Shown here: in pieces, positions 19,131-28,293 of the stretch
How the letters are laid out: each line of letters starts with the position of its first letter
How positions within the stretch are numbered: position 1 is the first letter of the stretch
NCBI GenBank assembly: GCA_017938205.1
Contig: JAGBCA010000058.1
Location: 53,564-117,563, forward strand
Source of the DNA: Clostridia bacterium
GTDB taxonomy: Bacteria; Bacillota; Clostridia; Oscillospirales; CAG-272
Direction of reading: 5' to 3'
DNA length: 64,000 nt
Position numbers and translations under genes: made by a program
Notes under the pieces: generated by a model
The model's database searches: none
Seen by the model: the letters and a program-made list of their open reading frames with translations, nothing else
Told to the model about the DNA's origin: nothing

Positions 19131-19169
19131 ATTGTATACAATTATACACAAATACTTGCATTCTGTCAA
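19131..19169 (-). promoter_or_regulatory. consensus promoter plus palindromic candidate GntR operator of the citrate synthase-GntR-aconitase operon
   Basis: On the minus strand: TTGACA (19164-19169), 17-nt spacer, TATAAT (19141-19146). The perfect 12-bp palindrome ATTGTATACAAT (19131-19142) overlaps the -10 element. Confidence 0.6.
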
Positions 19170-19317
19170 GTGCTTTTGAAAATATTTTTTAAAAGGAAGT
19201 TTTTGTCTCGGCGAACGCGCCCTTTTCCGTTCTTTTTCATATTATATAAATAGGAGCATTTTTGCTCCCAAATACAGCGTTTTTCGGGGTGCACAAGAAC
19301 GCCCCACGGAGCATATT

Positions 19318-20061
19318 ATGAAGGTTTTTACCTATACGGAGGATGCGCGGCTCTCCGCCGCGCGGGCGGTGCTGGAGACGCATCCGTCCATAGATACGCG
19401 CATCCACCTTCTCCCCATCCCAACGAAGAAATTTTTACCCGGAGAGCCGCTCTGCGATGCTTTTCTTACAAGGGTAATGGCGAAGGATCTCGTTTGCGGC
19501 TACGGGATCCCCGCCGCCCTTGCAGATGCGGTCGTGCGGCGCGGCGGCCGCATTTTTGAGGAAGAAGCGGATGCGGAATTTATCGAGGAAAATGCCCGGC
19601 TCACAGCCGAGGCCACGGTTGGATATCTTCTCGCAGAGCCGAAAGCCCCCTGCGACCGCACCGTTGGCATCATCGGCTACGGGCGCATCGGGCAGGCGCT
19701 CTGCCGTATGCTGCTCTTCTTCGGCGCAGGGGTGCGCATTTTCACCGAGCGCGAAAGCGTGCGCACAGCACTCGGCGAGGCGGGCATCGAGAGCCGTCCC
19801 ATACGGTACGAGGCAGGCACATCCATTGACACTAACGGTCTTGACCTCCTGATCCAAACCGCCCCCGCAAAAATTTTCATCTTGGACAACGCACCTCCCT
19901 GCCCCCTCTGGAATTTAGCCGCCGCGCCATATATCGGCGAGGGTGTGGCGGTGCGCCAGCTTTCCGCCCTGCCTGCCAGGATCTGCTACGAAAGCGGCGG
20001 CAAAGCCCTCGCACGCGCCGTTCTGCGCGCACTGCAAGACAATGAAAGGAAGACATTATGA
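19318..20061 (+). CDS. dpaA: dipicolinate synthase subunit A
   Basis: 247 aa. NAD-binding GIIGYGRIG motif. ATGA-coupled to dpaB. Confidence 0.75.
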   Translation: MKVFTYTEDARLSAARAVLETHPSIDTRIHLLPIPTKKFLPGEPLCDAFLTRVMAKDLVCGYGIPAALADAVVRRGGRIFEEEADAEFIEENARLTAEATVGYLLAEPKAPCDRTVGIIGYGRIGQALCRMLLFFGAGVRIFTERESVRTALGEAGIESRPIRYEAGTSIDTNGLDLLIQTAPAKIFILDNAPPCPLWNLAAAPYIGEGVAVRQLSALPARICYESGGKALARAVLRALQDNERKTL

Positions 20062-20618
20062 TAGGATATGCATTTTGCGGCTCTTTTTGCACGTTGCAAA
20101 AATCCATGGAGCAGCTCGCCGCCCTCGTGGCGCAGGGCATGGACGTGCAAGCGATCATGAGTGAGCACGTATACACAATGGACACGCGCTTCGGAAAAGC
20201 AGCAGACTTTCGCGCCGAGGCCGAGCGCATCACGGGCCGCCCCGTTCTCGCCTCGATCGTAGAGGCCGAGCCTCTCGGCCCGAAAACGCCCTTGGAGGCA
20301 TTGATCATCGCCCCCTGCACGGGCAACACGCTTGCGAAGATCGCAAGCGGCATCACGGACACCGCCGTGACCATGGCGGCCAAGGCGCACCTGCGGTGCG
20401 ACCGCCCCACCGTGATCGCCCTCGCCTCCAACGACTCTCTCTCCCAGAACCTGCGAAACATCGCTACTCTGCTTCTGCGTAAGCGGGTCTACCTCGTGCC
20501 CCTGAAGCAGGACGATCCGAGGAGCAAGCCCCATTCCCTCGTCGCGGACTTCTCCCGCATCCCCGAGGCCCTCACCGCCGCCTTGGAGGAGCGCCAGCTG
20601 CGCCCGCTTTTTGAATAA
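20058..20618 (+). CDS. dpaB: dipicolinate synthase subunit B (flavoprotein)
   Basis: 186 aa. MIGYAFCGSFCT start and APCTGNTLAKIA motif, typical of SpoVFB. Confidence 0.85.
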   Translation: MIGYAFCGSFCTLQKSMEQLAALVAQGMDVQAIMSEHVYTMDTRFGKAADFRAEAERITGRPVLASIVEAEPLGPKTPLEALIIAPCTGNTLAKIASGITDTAVTMAAKAHLRCDRPTVIALASNDSLSQNLRNIATLLLRKRVYLVPLKQDDPRSKPHSLVADFSRIPEALTAALEERQLRPLFE

Positions 20619-20623
20619 GACGA

Positions 20624-20668
20624 AAAAAGGCTGAATGCCCGCAAAATGCGTGGCATTCAGCTTTTTTC
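20624..20668 (+). terminator. rho-independent terminator after dpaB
   Basis: gctgaatgcc (20630-20639) pairs with ggcattcagc (20652-20661), followed by T6. Confidence 0.85.
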
Positions 20669-20677
20669 GGATTCAGC

Positions 20678-21036
20678 ACCGTCTGCGGGGCGACGAATTT
20701 TTGAGCGTATTTGTTTGAGCGCGAGCGAAAGCGTACGAGGGTACGTTGAGCGAACGATCGGACAAGATTACGGGAATTTCTATGCCCCACATCTTTTAGT
20801 ACCGTCTTCGGGGCGACGAATTTTTGAGCGTATTTGTTTGAGCGTGAGAGAAGCCGTACAAGCGTACGGAGAGGGCGCAAACGGACAAGATTGCGAAAAT
20901 TTCTATGCCCCACATCTTTTAGTACCGTCTTCGGGGCGACGAAATTTCCGATAAGGTTGTTCGCTCGCGCGCGAAGCAATACGAGGGTATTGCGAGCAAA
21001 CGAACGGACAAGATTACGGAAATTTCTATGCCCCCC
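20678..21036. repeat. three tandem copies of a ~123-bp structured mosaic repeat
   Basis: Copy A is 20678-20800 and copy B is 20801-20923, each 123 bp. Copy C (20924 to about 21036) is truncated. The arms are conserved and the central hairpin is variable with paired substitutions. Confidence 0.9.
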
Positions 21037-21870
21037 TCATCCCTTGACTGCGCCGGAGACGATCCCCTCTATTACATAGCGCTGTGCAAAAAGATAGAAA
21101 AGAAGGATCGGCAGGATGGCAAGGATCAGCATGGCCATTAGGCCTCCAAGATCTACGGCACCGAAGGCACCTTGCATCGCAAGCTCAATGGCTACGGGGA
21201 TGGTTTTCAGGCGATTGCCGAGAACGAGGTACGGAAGAAGATAGTCGTTCCAGACCCACATACCGTTGAGGATCGCAACGGTGATCGCCGTTGGCGAAAG
21301 GAGAGGGAAAACCACGCGGAAAAAGGTTTGTATCACACCGGCGCCGTCGATCTGCGCGGCCTCTTCAAGCTCGATCGGCAGCGTTTTGATGAAGGCGGTG
21401 TAGAGAAAGATCGAAAGTCCTGCTCCGAAGCCGAGATAAACGGGGATCATGCCGAGCACGCTCGAGAGGCGCACGCGGTCGATGATATAGGTGGCGGTAT
21501 ACATGATCATAGGAAAGGGCACGACCATGCTGAAAACAAACGCACCGTACAAAATACGGCTGAAGCGCCCCTCTACCCGCACGAGAAACCAGGCACACAT
21601 GGCGGCGCAAAGGACAATGACCAGAACGGAAAGCACCGTGATCACCGCAGAACGGCCGACAGCGGCAAAAAAGCCAACCGAGGAAAGCCCGCGCCGAAAG
21701 TTTTCAAATCCGACGAAGTATTCGCCGAGCGGCAGAGCGAACGGATCTGCAGATATATAAAATTTTGATTTAAATGCGTTGATCAAAACCAAGAACACGG
21801 GAAAGAGAAAAAGCAGAGAAAGGAGGATCAAAACCGCATATATGACTACATTTATTTGCTTTTTCGTCAT
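21037..21870 (-). CDS. carbohydrate ABC transporter permease
   Basis: 277 aa with 6 TM helices. EAA-like loop (ELEEAAQIDGAGVIQTFFRVVFP). Confidence 0.9.
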   Translation of the reverse strand: MTKKQINVVIYAVLILLSLLFLFPVFLVLINAFKSKFYISADPFALPLGEYFVGFENFRRGLSSVGFFAAVGRSAVITVLSVLVIVLCAAMCAWFLVRVEGRFSRILYGAFVFSMVVPFPMIMYTATYIIDRVRLSSVLGMIPVYLGFGAGLSIFLYTAFIKTLPIELEEAAQIDGAGVIQTFFRVVFPLLSPTAITVAILNGMWVWNDYLLPYLVLGNRLKTIPVAIELAMQGAFGAVDLGGLMAMLILAILPILLFYLFAQRYVIEGIVSGAVKG

Positions 21871-22715
21871 ATTTTCTCCTTTCTTTCACGCGAGAAATAA
21901 AGCTGTAGACCGCTGAGCGCGGCAACAACGATAAAAAACAGAACGCCCTTTGCCTGCGCAACGCCCTGCCAGCCCACGCGGCCGTAGAAGGTGCGGAAGA
22001 TGTGCAGCGCGAGCATCTCCGTTTCGCGTGCAGGTGCGCCCTGTGTGAGAGCGAGGTTCTGGTCAAACATTTTGAAGGTATTTGTCAGCGTTAAGAATAC
22101 GCACACGGCGATCGAGGGCGCGATCTGCGGAAGCTTCACGAAGCGCAGGAGCTGAAAGGGGGTTGCACCGTCCACCAGGGCGGCCTGCTCCGTCTCCTTT
22201 GGGATCGACGTGAGCGCGGCGATATAAATGACCATCATATAGCCCGAAAGCTGCCACACCGAGAGAAGCAAGAGGCCGAGAAAGCCAAGCGAGGCAAAAT
22301 AGGTGATGTCCAGTCCAAAATAAGAAAGGATACCGCCGAGCAAAAGATTCCAGATATAACCGAGCACGATGCCGCCGATCAGGTTCGGCAGGAAGAAAAC
22401 GCCGCGGAACAAAGCCGTAGCGCGGATCTTTTTCGTCAGAAGAAGAGCAAGGCCGAGGGCCACGAGATTCACCGCCACGACCACGCAAAGCGCAAGAAGA
22501 GAGGTAAATCCGAGGGAACGGAGAAAGCCGTCCCCTCTCGCGAAAGCGCGCAGATAATTTTTGAGGCCGACGAAGGTGGCACTCTCGACGGTGGAAAATT
22601 CCGTGAAGGAAAGGAAAATTCCCATCACGAACGGAACGACGAACACAAGGACGAAGGAAAGAAGCGTTGGAAGAACGAAGATCGGGAAAAACCGTTTCAG
22701 AGTGCCACATCTCAT
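21867..22715 (-). CDS. carbohydrate ABC transporter permease
   Basis: 282 aa, MalF/UgpA-like (KETEQAALVDGATPFQLLRFVKLP). 4-nt overlap with the downstream permease. Confidence 0.9.
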   Translation of the reverse strand: MRCGTLKRFFPIFVLPTLLSFVLVFVVPFVMGIFLSFTEFSTVESATFVGLKNYLRAFARGDGFLRSLGFTSLLALCVVVAVNLVALGLALLLTKKIRATALFRGVFFLPNLIGGIVLGYIWNLLLGGILSYFGLDITYFASLGFLGLLLLSVWQLSGYMMVIYIAALTSIPKETEQAALVDGATPFQLLRFVKLPQIAPSIAVCVFLTLTNTFKMFDQNLALTQGAPARETEMLALHIFRTFYGRVGWQGVAQAKGVLFFIVVAALSGLQLYFSRERKEKI

Positions 22716-22727
22716 ATCACACCTCCG

Positions 22728-24059
22728 TTACGTGTGCTCGCTCTCGCTTTTCCAGCTCTGCTTTACGCCCGCAATGACCTCCGAGAAGGTCTTTTTGCCC
22801 TGCGCGTAAGCAAGAAGCGATGCACCGAAATCCTCCTTGAAGCGAAGCGAGGGGATCGCGCCGAACTGCCAAGGGACGTTTTTCACCCCATCCGACTGCA
22901 TATAAGCAAGGACCTCCTTGGCGAGAGGATCGGCGGGTACGTCACCGCTTGCAAAGGTATCAAAGGGCGCGATGAAGCCAAGCTCCTCCGAAACGAACCT
23001 TTTGCCCTGCTCCGAGGAATAGAGCCAATAGAGGAACTGCTCGGCCGCCGCCTTTTCCTCGGCAGAGGCCTTTTCGTTGATGCAATAATAGTTCTCCGTT
23101 CCGATGCATATGCCCTGTGAGCCCTCGTCCTTGCCTCCCATATAAAGAGGAAGGAAGCAAACCTCATCTGCGCTCACCTTATTGCCCGCCTCGCCTGCGA
23201 TCTGCGCATAGGCCCAGCTTCCGTTTTGCACCATGGCGCATTTTTCAAGCGCAAACTCGGCCATCGAATCCGCAACCGTTTTCGTTCCGAGCGCAGAGCG
23301 CGGCACGGTGGAGTTTTCAAGATAAAGGTCAAAGAGCTTTTTGAAATTATCGCTGTATTTAAACTGAAAATCCGAGAAATCCCCCGTCATATCCACGCCG
23401 CGATCCGCAAGCTCATAGGCTAAGGGGAGATTGAAGAGGTGCGTTTGCCAGCGCCAATCCTCGCCGCTCTTCAAGGACGTGGCGGCAAAAACGCCGTCAA
23501 TGCCGAGGGCGGCCTTATTCTTCTGCATATCCCGCGCAACGGCGGCGAGCGCATCAAAGCTCGTGATCTCGTCTAAGGAGGTATAGGAGGTCTGCTTTCC
23601 GGGAAGAGTAAAATACTTATCCATGATGCTCTTGTTGCAGATAATACCGTAGCCCTCCACAACGTAGGGGATCCCGTAGATCTTTCCGTCCTTCTTCAGC
23701 GCAAGGCTCGGATCGGAGAGATGCTCGTAAAGCCCCGAGCCCGAAAGATCCGAGAGATAATCCTTGTAGGCCGCATAGCTTTTCGGCCCGTTGATCTGGA
23801 AGATCGTGGGGGCTTCTCTGGTGGAAAGCTTGGAGAGAAGGGTCTGCTCATAGGTGTTGGCCGCGGCGGTCTCCACCACCACGCGCACACCCGTTTCTTT
23901 TTCATACGCCTTGGCGATAGCGTTGTATTTTTCCGCCACCTCCGGCTTAAAATTTAAATAGCGCACCGTTACGCCCTTCGTTCTTCCGCAGGAGGTAAGT
24001 GAGCAGAGCGAAAGAAGGAAAAATGCAAGCAGGAGCGAAAGAGAAATGATACGTTTCAT
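22728..24059 (-). CDS. ABC transporter extracellular sugar-binding lipoprotein
   Basis: 443 aa from ATG 24059 (GAGGA RBS). Lipobox LTSC. Family-1 solute-binding protein pattern. Confidence 0.85.
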   Translation of the reverse strand: MKRIISLSLLLAFFLLSLCSLTSCGRTKGVTVRYLNFKPEVAEKYNAIAKAYEKETGVRVVVETAAANTYEQTLLSKLSTREAPTIFQINGPKSYAAYKDYLSDLSGSGLYEHLSDPSLALKKDGKIYGIPYVVEGYGIICNKSIMDKYFTLPGKQTSYTSLDEITSFDALAAVARDMQKNKAALGIDGVFAATSLKSGEDWRWQTHLFNLPLAYELADRGVDMTGDFSDFQFKYSDNFKKLFDLYLENSTVPRSALGTKTVADSMAEFALEKCAMVQNGSWAYAQIAGEAGNKVSADEVCFLPLYMGGKDEGSQGICIGTENYYCINEKASAEEKAAAEQFLYWLYSSEQGKRFVSEELGFIAPFDTFASGDVPADPLAKEVLAYMQSDGVKNVPWQFGAIPSLRFKEDFGASLLAYAQGKKTFSEVIAGVKQSWKSESEHT

Positions 24060-24285
24060 ATTTATCCTCATATTTGCTTATTATACGTCCATCAAGCCGC
24101 ATTTTCACAAGCGATCGTTCTCCGTTTTGATCCGCGCGACTCGATTTATCGTTCTTTTCGGCGGCATTTTTTGATATGCCGCTCCTGCTTTTATTTTTTT
24201 CACCCTTGCAGGTTTTATTCTTTCCCCTTTTTACCATTTCTCTTTTCCGTCACACAATATTTAAAATATTTTCTTTATAATATTC

Positions 24286-24314
24286 TTTACAAATGAAGGA
24301 AATTGTGGTAGAAT
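24286..24314 (+). promoter_or_regulatory. promoter of the pseudouridine synthase gene
   Basis: TTTACA (24286-24291), 17-nt spacer, TAGAAT (24309-24314), with a TG extension. Confidence 0.45.
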
Positions 24315-24394
24315 ACTATTGTGGAGATTTGTCGGCGTGCGCGGAATGCGTCTTGCCCGCGATGCTCCTCGGATCGCTTGGAAGGGAGAAGAAT

Positions 24395-25105
24395 ATGCGC
24401 ATCGATAAATTTCTTTCCGAATGCGGTCTTGCCTCCCGCAAGGAGGCCGCAAAGGCGGCAAGATGCGGCGGCGTGACCGTGAACGGCGCCACCGTAAAGG
24501 ATACCGCCTTGCATATCGATCCCGAAAAGGACTGTGTGACCTTTCTCGGCAAGCGCGTGGAATACCGCCGCTTCGTTTATATTCTGCTCAATAAGCCCGA
24601 GGGCTACGTCAGTGCAACGGAGGACAAAGCGCATCCCTTCGTGACCGAGCTTTTACCCGAGGAATACCGCCGCATGGGGCTCTTCCCCGTCGGACGGCTG
24701 GATAAGGACACCACGGGGCTGATGCTGCTGACGAACGATGGACAAAACGCGCACCGTCTGCTTTCACCGAAGCACCACGTGGAGAAGGAATACCGCTTCA
24801 CCTGCAAGGTGCCGCTCATAAAGGATGCGGAAAGGATCTTTTCGGAGGGCATCACACTTTCGGACGGATATGAATGCAAGAGCGCCGTTCTCGTGGCAGA
24901 CGGGGACCGCATGGGCGGAAGGATCACGCTGACCGAGGGAAAATACCATCAGATCAAGCGTATGCTCGGCGCGATCGACAATCGCATTCTTTCCTTGGAG
25001 CGCATCCGCTTTGCATCCCTCACGCTATCGCCGGAGCTTCCCCGCGGTGCGTGGCGTATGCTGACCGAGGAGCAGATCCATGCTCTGCTCGGCGAAAAAG
25101 CATAA
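24395..25105 (+). CDS. pseudouridine synthase, RsuA/RluB family
   Basis: 236 aa from ATG 24395 (GGGAGA RBS). S4 domain start MRIDKFL. Catalytic GRLDKDTTGL motif. Confidence 0.85.
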   Translation: MRIDKFLSECGLASRKEAAKAARCGGVTVNGATVKDTALHIDPEKDCVTFLGKRVEYRRFVYILLNKPEGYVSATEDKAHPFVTELLPEEYRRMGLFPVGRLDKDTTGLMLLTNDGQNAHRLLSPKHHVEKEYRFTCKVPLIKDAERIFSEGITLSDGYECKSAVLVADGDRMGGRITLTEGKYHQIKRMLGAIDNRILSLERIRFASLTLSPELPRGAWRMLTEEQIHALLGEKA

Positions 25106-25146
25106 ATTAAAATTTGATTTTTCTATATACTATATAAGGAGACACT

Positions 25147-27324
25147 ATGGACATTATCGCAACCTTAGCAAAAGAACTCGGACTCGAGCCGGAGAAGGTG
25201 GAAAAGACCGTTGCCCTCATTGACGAGGGAAACACCATCCCCTTTATCTCGCGTTACCGCAAGGAGGTTACGGGCAGCATGGACGATACCACCCTGCGCG
25301 CCCTGGATGATCGCCTGCAGTATCTGCGCAAGATGGATGAGCGCCGCACAGAGATCGCCGCACTGATCGCCGCGCAGGAAAAGCTCACCCCCGAGATCGA
25401 GGCCGCTCTCAATATGGCAAAGACTCTTGTGGAGCTGGAGGACATCTACCGTCCCTTCAAGCCGAAGAGAACCACCCGTGCTTCCATTGCAAGAGCGAAG
25501 GGTCTTGAGCCTTTGGCACAGTATATTCTCGAGCAAAAGGACGCATACGATCCCGCGATCGACGTTTATGCCGAGAGCTTTATCTCGACCGAGGAGGGCA
25601 AGGAGGTTCCCGATGCGCAGGCCGCTCTGCAGGGTGCATCCGATATTATCGCGGAGGACGTTTCCAACGATGCCGAGATCCGCAAAAATCTGCGTGCCTT
25701 CACGATGGCGCACGGTGCTCTGACCACGAAGGCTGCGAAGGACGAGCCCTCCGTTTATGAAAATTATTATGACTTCTCCGAGCCGATCAAAAAGCTGCGC
25801 GGCCACCGCGTTCTCGCGATCAACCGCGGCGAGAAGGAGGATTTCTTAAAGGTAAGCGTGACCGTGGAGCAGGCAGATGCTCTGGCGCAGCTGGAGGCCA
25901 AGGTGATCACCAACAAGAAGTCTCCCGCGCTTCCCTACCTCATGGCCACTCTGACCGATGCTTATGAGCGTCTCTTGTTCCCCGCGATCGAGCGCGAGGT
26001 GCGCACAACGCTCTTTGACGATGCCTCCGAGGGTGCCTTGAAGGTATTCAGCGAGAACCTGCGTAACCTTCTTCTGGTTGCGCCCCTGAAGGGAAAGACC
26101 GTTCTCGGCTACGACCCCGGCTTCCGTACCGGCTGCAAGCTTGCCGTTGTTGACAAGACCGGCAAGGTGCTCGACACCGGCGTGATCTATCCCACCGAGC
26201 CCCGCAACGACATTGAGGGCTCCAAGAGAAAGGTGCTTGCACTGATTAAAAAATACGGCGTTGACGTGATCTCGATCGGTAACGGAACCGCCTCCCGCGA
26301 ATCCGAGAGATTCATTGCAGACACCCTGCGCGATCCCGCTTGCCCCGCAGGCGTGAAATATACCATCGTTTCCGAGGCAGGCGCCTCGGTCTACTCCGCA
26401 TCCAAGCTTGGCGCGGAGGAATTCCCCGATTTCGACGTAACGCAGAGAAGTGCTGTCTCCATCGCAAGACGACTGCAGGATCCCCTTGCCGAGCTCGTAA
26501 AGATCGAGCCGAAGGCCATCGGCGTTGGACAGTATCAGCACGACATGAAGCAGGCGCGCCTGACCGAGGCACTCGGCGGCGTGGTTGAGGACTGCGTAAA
26601 CGGCGTTGGCGTGGACATCAATACCGCATCCTATTCCCTTCTCTCCTACGTTTCGGGTATCAACGCAACGGCGGCGAAGAACATCGTTGCCTACCGTGAG
26701 GAGAACGGCGAGTTCAAGACCCGCCGCCAGATCCTGAAGGTGCCGAAGATCGGAGAAAAGGCCTTCGTGCAGTGCGCAGGCTTCCTTCGTATCCACGATG
26801 CCAAGGACGTTCTGGATTCCACGGGCGTTCACCCCGAGTCCTACGCGATCGCAGAGGATCTTCTGAAGCGCTTCGGCTATTCCACCGATGACGTTCGTTC
26901 GGGCGATCTCGGACTTCTGCGCTTCAAGGCAGAGCAGTACGGCAAGGCAAAGCTTGCAAAGGAGCTTGGCTGCGGTGAGCCTACGCTTGAGGATATTATC
27001 AAGGAGCTTGAAAAGCCCGGCAGAGACATCCGTGACGATGCACCCGCGCCCGTGCTTTCCTCCGAGGTTCTCGAGATCACCGACCTGAAGCCCGATATGC
27101 TTCTCAAGGGCACGGTGCGCAACGTGGTGGACTTCGGCTGCTTCGTTGACATCGGCGTGCACCACGACGGTCTTCTGCACATCTCCGAGATGAGCGACCG
27201 CTATATCAAGCACCCCGCAGACCTTTTCGCGGTTGGTGACGTGATCGAGGTCCGCATCAAGGACGTGGACGTGAAGAAGCAGAGGATCTCCCTCTCCCGC
27301 AAGGGACTGAAGGATAAAGGCTGA
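25147..27324 (+). CDS. tex: Tex-like transcription accessory protein with S1 RNA-binding domain
   Basis: 725 aa. Tex N-terminal region (IPFISRYRKE), YqgF-like and HhH regions, and a C-terminal S1 domain. Confidence 0.9.
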   Translation: MDIIATLAKELGLEPEKVEKTVALIDEGNTIPFISRYRKEVTGSMDDTTLRALDDRLQYLRKMDERRTEIAALIAAQEKLTPEIEAALNMAKTLVELEDIYRPFKPKRTTRASIARAKGLEPLAQYILEQKDAYDPAIDVYAESFISTEEGKEVPDAQAALQGASDIIAEDVSNDAEIRKNLRAFTMAHGALTTKAAKDEPSVYENYYDFSEPIKKLRGHRVLAINRGEKEDFLKVSVTVEQADALAQLEAKVITNKKSPALPYLMATLTDAYERLLFPAIEREVRTTLFDDASEGALKVFSENLRNLLLVAPLKGKTVLGYDPGFRTGCKLAVVDKTGKVLDTGVIYPTEPRNDIEGSKRKVLALIKKYGVDVISIGNGTASRESERFIADTLRDPACPAGVKYTIVSEAGASVYSASKLGAEEFPDFDVTQRSAVSIARRLQDPLAELVKIEPKAIGVGQYQHDMKQARLTEALGGVVEDCVNGVGVDINTASYSLLSYVSGINATAAKNIVAYREENGEFKTRRQILKVPKIGEKAFVQCAGFLRIHDAKDVLDSTGVHPESYAIAEDLLKRFGYSTDDVRSGDLGLLRFKAEQYGKAKLAKELGCGEPTLEDIIKELEKPGRDIRDDAPAPVLSSEVLEITDLKPDMLLKGTVRNVVDFGCFVDIGVHHDGLLHISEMSDRYIKHPADLFAVGDVIEVRIKDVDVKKQRISLSRKGLKDKG

Positions 27325-28208
27325 TGTTCGGCTTTGTTAAGCCCGATCAGGGAATGCTTCTCGGCAGAGACTACGCCTTTTACAAGGCCACGTACTGTGG
27401 TATCTGCCGCCAGATGAAGGCGCATACCGGCGCGCTTTCCCCCATATTCTTAACGTATGACAGCGTTTTTCTCGCGCTCGTGCGCATGGTGTTCGAGGAC
27501 AAAAAGAACATCGGTGCGCGCCGCGGGCGCTGTCTTGCCCATCCCTTGAAAAAGCGCGCCATGCTCCTTCCCAACAAAGCGACGGAATATACGGCGAAGG
27601 TGTTTGCCCTTCTTTCCTATTATAAAATGAAGGACGATCTTGCGGACGAGGGTGCGCTGACGCGCATCGGCCTCGCGCCTGCAAGGCCGCTTCTTGCACA
27701 CGCGAGAAAAAAAGCCGCGGAATACGCAGAGCTTGAAAGCGTGATAGCAGATCGGCTCGAGGAGATCACGCGCCTCGAAAAGGAGAAATGCGCAAGCGTT
27801 GATACCTGCGCGCATCCCTTCGGAGAGCTGCTCGGCGCGCTCTTCTGTCACGGACTTTCGGGGGAGGATGCAATCGTGACGCGCGAGCTCGGCTATCGGC
27901 TCGGAAAATTCATCTACGCGGCCGATGCGGCGAAGGATTACGAGGAGGACAGAAAGAAGGGGCGCTTCAACCCCTACGTGCTCTCCTACGAGGGAAAAGA
28001 GCTGACAAAGGAAAACAAGGAAACCATCCGCACCGCGCTGATCCTTGAATGCACACGCATGGAGGCGGCGGTAAATCTCCTTGATTTTCGGGGCAGCTAT
28101 ACACTGGAGGCTCTGATCCGCAATATTATTTATAACGGACTTTTAAATCAAATCGATTTTTTGAGCGATGCCCCTGCCGCATCCGATCCCTTCGATGCGC
28201 AGATATAA
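27324..28208 (+). CDS. DUF5685 family protein
   Basis: 294 aa. The MFGFVKP...YKATYCGICRQM N-terminus is characteristic of the family as I recall it. TGATG overlap with tex. Confidence 0.65.
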   Translation: MFGFVKPDQGMLLGRDYAFYKATYCGICRQMKAHTGALSPIFLTYDSVFLALVRMVFEDKKNIGARRGRCLAHPLKKRAMLLPNKATEYTAKVFALLSYYKMKDDLADEGALTRIGLAPARPLLAHARKKAAEYAELESVIADRLEEITRLEKEKCASVDTCAHPFGELLGALFCHGLSGEDAIVTRELGYRLGKFIYAADAAKDYEEDRKKGRFNPYVLSYEGKELTKENKETIRTALILECTRMEAAVNLLDFRGSYTLEALIRNIIYNGLLNQIDFLSDAPAASDPFDAQI

Positions 28209-28293
28209 GGCACGGCACTAAAAATAAGAAAAAACAAAACGCCGAGGCATACGGGGTTTTTCCGTGCCAAGGTGAGAAAACGGAGGCTTTTTT

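Noticed and set aside
19238-19246. A CATATTATA sequence upstream of dpaA that resembles a sigma-K -10 element (CATAnnnTA).
   Set aside because: I find no matching AC -35 element at 16-17 nt spacing. A single 9-mer match in an AT-rich spacer is not sufficient. The hypothesis is plausible for a spoVF-type operon but unsupported here.
20572-20979. A 135-aa minus-strand ORF and a 102-aa plus-strand ORF (20646-20954) run through the tandem repeats, giving a 41-aa periodic peptide.
   Set aside because: The plus ORF starts inside the dpaB terminator stem. The minus ORF overlaps the dpaB 3' end. Differences between copies are paired stem substitutions, not synonymous-site changes. I read both ORFs as consequences of a period divisible by 3.
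20678-21036. Possible CRISPR array or integron attC array.
   Set aside because: The units abut each other with no unique spacers or cassettes. The period (123 bp) and unit length do not fit CRISPR repeats. No cas or intI genes are in the window.
23947-24237. A 96-aa Lys-rich minus-strand ORF upstream of, and overlapping, the sugar-binding protein gene.
   Set aside because: It overlaps the lipoprotein signal-peptide region out of frame. It has no RBS and its composition is typical of an AT-rich leader translated by chance.
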